DNA from: Macrostomum lignano
Taxonomy: Eukaryota
Direction of reading: 5' to 3'
DNA: 64,000 nucleotides
Assembly (NCBI GenBank): GCA_002269645.1
Contig: NIVC01000862.1
Coordinates: 1-64,000 of the forward strand
The notes under the pieces were generated by a model that had not been told where the DNA came from, did no database searches, and was given only the letters and a program-made list of their open reading frames with translations. Within the stretch, counting starts at the first letter, position 1. The number at the start of each line of letters is the position of its first letter. Shown one piece after another: positions 60,257 through 64,000 of the stretch. The position numbers were made by a program, and so were the translations under genes.

Positions 60257-63200
60257 TGTGGGGCAGTGTACATCTGCCTCCCTCTCTCTCTCCCTCGCTC
60301 ACTTGGTCCAGCGCTATTACTGCCCCGTACAAGTACGTACAGCCAACCACTCACTTCAATAATTGATTTATTACAAAGGAAAGGATCAAAGGATACAAAG
60401 GATCAAAGGAATGTCGCATTTTGTAATCACCGTGAGCAAGAACTGCTGCAAGACTCCGTTCTACGTGATGGAAGGGCGGGGTGCCACATTACTCGGGCGC
60501 CAGGCCGCCTTTGAACTCGGTTTGCTCGAAATTCGCCGGCGGAAGCAGCTCGCCGACGTCAGCGCTGTCGAAGCAAACCTTCCGAATGATCCACAACTGA
60601 GGACAGTCTTGCAGAAGCCCAAGAATGTCTTCACAGGGCTCGGCTGCGTCAGAGGCGTCGAGGTATCAGTGCGACTCCAAGAAGATGCCATCCCGGTCTG
60701 CCATCCACCAGCCCGAGTTCCGGTCCACCTAAAGACAGCAGTGGAAAAAGAGCTGCAGGGTTTACTGGACTTAGACGTCATCGAGCCGGTAACCGGTCCC
60801 ACACCGTGGGTGTCTCGCATGGTCGTTGTACCGAAGTCGTCTGGTGGCGTCAGAATATGCCAAGACCTTCGAGACCTCAACAAATTTGTGATCCCGGAAG
60901 AGCAAGCCATACCCACCTTGGACGAGGTCACAGAAGAGATGGCCGGAGCAACCCTATTCAGCGAGCTGGACATCTGCAAAGCATTCTACCAAATACCGGT
61001 GGATGAAGAAAGCCGACACCTTTTCACATTCAGCACCCCCATCGGATTGATGCGGCTAAAGCGACTGAGCATGGGGTTTACAAGTGCCTCTGAAATCTTG
61101 CAGCGGATCATGTCAGGAGTGCTCAGCGGCCTTCCCGGAGTCCGGTGGATCCATGATGACGTCATCATATATGCAGACAGTATGCAGCAGCACAATCAGC
61201 GCCTTGACGACTGCCTCACTAGGCTCTCAGAGTGTGGACTCACGGTCAACCCGGAAAAATGCAAGTTCGCCAAAAGTTTCATCAGCTTCCTCGGCGTTAC
61301 ATTATCGGCCAAGGGCATTTCGGCGCCAGCTGAGAAAATCCAAGCAGTCCAGGATTTTCGACCACCAACCAACGCATCCGAGACTCGGTCCTTCCTGGGA
61401 CTGGCGAATTATGTGTCAAAGTTCATCCCGAGCTTCGCCGACCTGACAGCCCCACTGCGCGAGCTAACCAAGAAGTGCAAGCGCTGGGAATGGACGACTC
61501 AGCATGCAGAGGCCTTCAACGCGTTGAAAAGCGCTATCAGCAAGCCAGAAACGCTGGCCTTCTTTGATTGCAATCGGTCCACAGAACTTGTCGTCGATGC
61601 TTCACCAATCGGACTGGGCGCAATTCTCAGCCAGAAGCAACCGAATGGCACCGTCAGGCCCGTCGCCTACGCCAGTCGAGCTCTGACTCCAGTTGAGCAG
61701 CGCTACTCACAAATAGAGCGCGAGGCTTTGGCCGTAAAATTCGGCTGCCTTAAGTTCGACTTCTACTTGGCTGGCAATTCGAATTTTACCATCGTCACAG
61801 ATCACAAGCCTCTGATCCCGCTTTTTAAGCCGGGTTCACGGCCGCCGCCGAGAATTGAGCGAATGGCGCTCCGCATCCAACATCTTCAGTTCAAGCTCGA
61901 ATACCGGCCCGGCGCATCGAACCCGTCGGACCTTCTAAGCCGACAGCCGATGCCAACAGATCTGTCTCGTGCTATCGGTGAAACTTTGGACGCCGCCTAC
62001 ATCAACGCAGTGGTCAAAAGTGCTGTCCTACGCGGTCTATCTCTAGAAGACTTCAAAACAGCTACCGGAAGTGACATGGACATCCAGGCTGCCATCACCG
62101 GCATCAAGACGCAGCATTGGAACCAGCACAGCAGTACACAGCGAACCTTCAAAGGAATCGAGCACGAGCTATCAGAAAGCGACGGAGTTCTACTCCGCGG
62201 TGACTTGATCGTCGTGCCTTCATCGCTGCGGCGGCAGGTCTTAGCACTGGCACACACTGGACATCTCAGCGCCGAGCGGACACTCCAGCGGCTGCAGACC
62301 AAGGTGTGGTGGCCAGGAGTTCGAGCCGACTGCAAGGCATTCGTTCAAGCTTGTCTGCCATGTCAGGCCACATCCCACGCTACCCACCATGCGCCGCTGA
62401 GGCCTACAAAGATCCCGGATGGGGTCTGGCTCCTGCTAGGAATGGACTTCTATGGGCCCATCCAAGGACAGATGCTTCTCGTCACGACGGACCTGTTTTC
62501 TAAATATCCTGAAATCAACTACGTCAGCTCAACATCAGCAGCAACAGTTATTCCTCACATACGACAGCTCTTCGCCCGCCACGGGGTCCCGCTGGAGCTA
62601 ATCACAGACAACGGGCCGCCTTTCAGCTCGCACGAGTTCCACGCTTTCCTGACCTCGTTCGGCGTCAAACACCGCCTCATCTGCCCGCTGCATCCTGAAG
62701 CCAACGGTGCCACCGAACGCGTCAATCGCTCAGTGAACAAAGTTGTCAGAGCCGCTATCGCTGAAGGTCGCTGCTGGAAAGAGGCGCTGGATGAGTGGCT
62801 CCTCGCATTCCGGGTGACGCCGCACAGAGCCACAGGCAAAGCGCCGGCTGAACTTCTGATGGGTCGCAGAGTTAACGACGTCATTCCATCGGTCAGAACA
62901 TCACGGCGAGCCAGCTGGTCTACCAGTGACATCAAGAACCGGCACAACCGCTACAACGACAACATGAAGGCCGGCTTCGACAAGACCAAGCGGGTTCGAC
63001 AGCACAGCATCCGGCCGGGTGACCGAGTCCTTCGACGGCAGAACAAGTCCAAGCTGCACACCCCGTTCAAACTGGAACCCTGGGTGGTCGAGTCCGTCAA
63101 AGGCGACACATTCACTCTGCAACGGCAAGGACAGTCGTGCATGCGTCACCTGGTGCACATCCGGCCGGTTTCACAGCCGCTGCATCCGCCTGAAGCAGCG

Positions 63201-63829
63201 GCCGGCCAGCCGCCAGCCAGCGCGGGTCCCTCAGAAGCAGACGGCGGCGAGTCAATCGCAATGCGCAGACACCCGAGAAGAGCGCGAGACGCAGTGATTA
63301 ACTACAAACTGTGATTTAAAAGGAACTGACTGTCTAATATCATTAACTGTCGCCGCTGCCAATCGTTTTTTTGCGAATTCGTAGTCAGTTCAATATTTTT
63401 GTTTTAATGTCCCCATTACAAATATCTCTTTTTGTCTCAACGCGTCCCACGACTAATATTCGCGCATTTTGTAATACTATGCGTTTGCTACATTTTTACT
63501 ATCCACAGATTTTTTTCGCTCGTACTTACTTCGGCATTGCAATTTTTCGAATTTCTCTTTTGTCGTTCAAGCAGAAACTGCGTTTCTTTTCCGTTTGGGG
63601 AGAAATGTGGGGCAGTGTACATCTGCCTCCCTCTCTCTCTCCCTCGCTCACTTGGTCCAGCGCTATCACTGCCCCGTACAAGTACGTACAGCCAACCACT
63701 CACTTCAATAATTGACTTATTACGCAATTACTCATAGCCAAATATAAGTCGGCCCTGCTAAGTGCAAGCGGCCCTTAAGTTATTCTTCATGCCTGCCTAG
63801 CACCATATCGCGGCATTAACTTTTCTACA
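60257..63829 (+). mobile_element. Ty3/gypsy LTR retrotransposon lacking gag, in an intron of paralogue C
   Basis: 3' LTR 63606-63829 (TG...CA) preceded by the PPT ggggagaaa. The 5' LTR is truncated (60257-60374). The 5-bp TSD TTAAG is at 60252-60256 and 63830-63834. Confidence 0.92.
60363..63314 (+). CDS. Gypsy pol (protease C-terminal remnant, RT, RNase H, integrase); uninterrupted ORF, first ATG at 60411
   Basis: TLLGR (protease end), GGVRICQDLRDLN, WIHDDVII, VVDASPIGLGAILSQ, YSQIEREALAV, HTGH...CLPCQ, GMDFYGP, TDNGPPF, NGATERVNR. Confidence 0.95.
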   Translation: MIYYKGKDQRIQRIKGMSHFVITVSKNCCKTPFYVMEGRGATLLGRQAAFELGLLEIRRRKQLADVSAVEANLPNDPQLRTVLQKPKNVFTGLGCVRGVEVSVRLQEDAIPVCHPPARVPVHLKTAVEKELQGLLDLDVIEPVTGPTPWVSRMVVVPKSSGGVRICQDLRDLNKFVIPEEQAIPTLDEVTEEMAGATLFSELDICKAFYQIPVDEESRHLFTFSTPIGLMRLKRLSMGFTSASEILQRIMSGVLSGLPGVRWIHDDVIIYADSMQQHNQRLDDCLTRLSECGLTVNPEKCKFAKSFISFLGVTLSAKGISAPAEKIQAVQDFRPPTNASETRSFLGLANYVSKFIPSFADLTAPLRELTKKCKRWEWTTQHAEAFNALKSAISKPETLAFFDCNRSTELVVDASPIGLGAILSQKQPNGTVRPVAYASRALTPVEQRYSQIEREALAVKFGCLKFDFYLAGNSNFTIVTDHKPLIPLFKPGSRPPPRIERMALRIQHLQFKLEYRPGASNPSDLLSRQPMPTDLSRAIGETLDAAYINAVVKSAVLRGLSLEDFKTATGSDMDIQAAITGIKTQHWNQHSSTQRTFKGIEHELSESDGVLLRGDLIVVPSSLRRQVLALAHTGHLSAERTLQRLQTKVWWPGVRADCKAFVQACLPCQATSHATHHAPLRPTKIPDGVWLLLGMDFYGPIQGQMLLVTTDLFSKYPEINYVSSTSAATVIPHIRQLFARHGVPLELITDNGPPFSSHEFHAFLTSFGVKHRLICPLHPEANGATERVNRSVNKVVRAAIAEGRCWKEALDEWLLAFRVTPHRATGKAPAELLMGRRVNDVIPSVRTSRRASWSTSDIKNRHNRYNDNMKAGFDKTKRVRQHSIRPGDRVLRRQNKSKLHTPFKLEPWVVESVKGDTFTLQRQGQSCMRHLVHIRPVSQPLHPPEAAAGQPPASAGPSEADGGESIAMRRHPRRARDAVINYKL

Positions 63830-64000
63830 TTAAGCATTTGGTTCCATCTTTCAGTGACTCAGAAAGACTTTCCTTGATTTTATCGCAATTACAACGCGTA
63901 TTTGGTATATAATATTCAAAACCAACAAAATCTTAAGTTATGTTCAAACAGTGATTTGGTGTGACCTGTGACTATTTTTGTGCGTAATAAACTCCGCTAA

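Noticed and set aside
1-64000. rRNA, tRNA or telomeric repeat arrays
   Set aside because: None recognised; the only tRNA-related sequence is the gypsy PBS.

Overview
Repeat-rich metazoan genomic DNA with spliceosomal introns and no prokaryotic features. The style resembles a free-living flatworm such as Macrostomum, but that is only a guess. About 1-37 kb is a nest of transposable elements. A minus-strand Jockey/I-like LINE (about 9.76-29.68 kb, candidate 30-bp TSD) has an ORF1 that starts with a catalytically complete AlkB 2OG-Fe(II) dioxygenase domain. This LINE is interrupted by (i) an internally deleted Ty3/gypsy element with near-identical LTRs and a CTAAG TSD and (ii) a 9,018-bp CMC/EnSpm (CACTA-like) DNA transposon with 12-bp TIRs and a TA TSD. 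The CMC element carries a spliced, intact transposase of about 890 aa, a spliced coiled-coil/BEN-domain gene and an ORF with a clear CtIP/Sae2-type C-terminal domain (CxxC...RHR); this is the most striking observation. Also present are a decayed RPA70-like gene, a PHD-FLYWCH-MULE transposase with tandem internal duplications, an RNase H LINE fragment, MITEs and satellites. About 37-64 kb is a tandem cluster of three MUC4-like (signal-EGF-EGF-NIDO-AMOP-VWD-EGF) paralogues: a 3' part, a 5' pseudogene and a 5' part that probably continues beyond the window. Their introns hold mini/microsatellites and a gag-less gypsy element with an intact pol ORF. All domain calls are from motif recognition by eye; no database searches were run.
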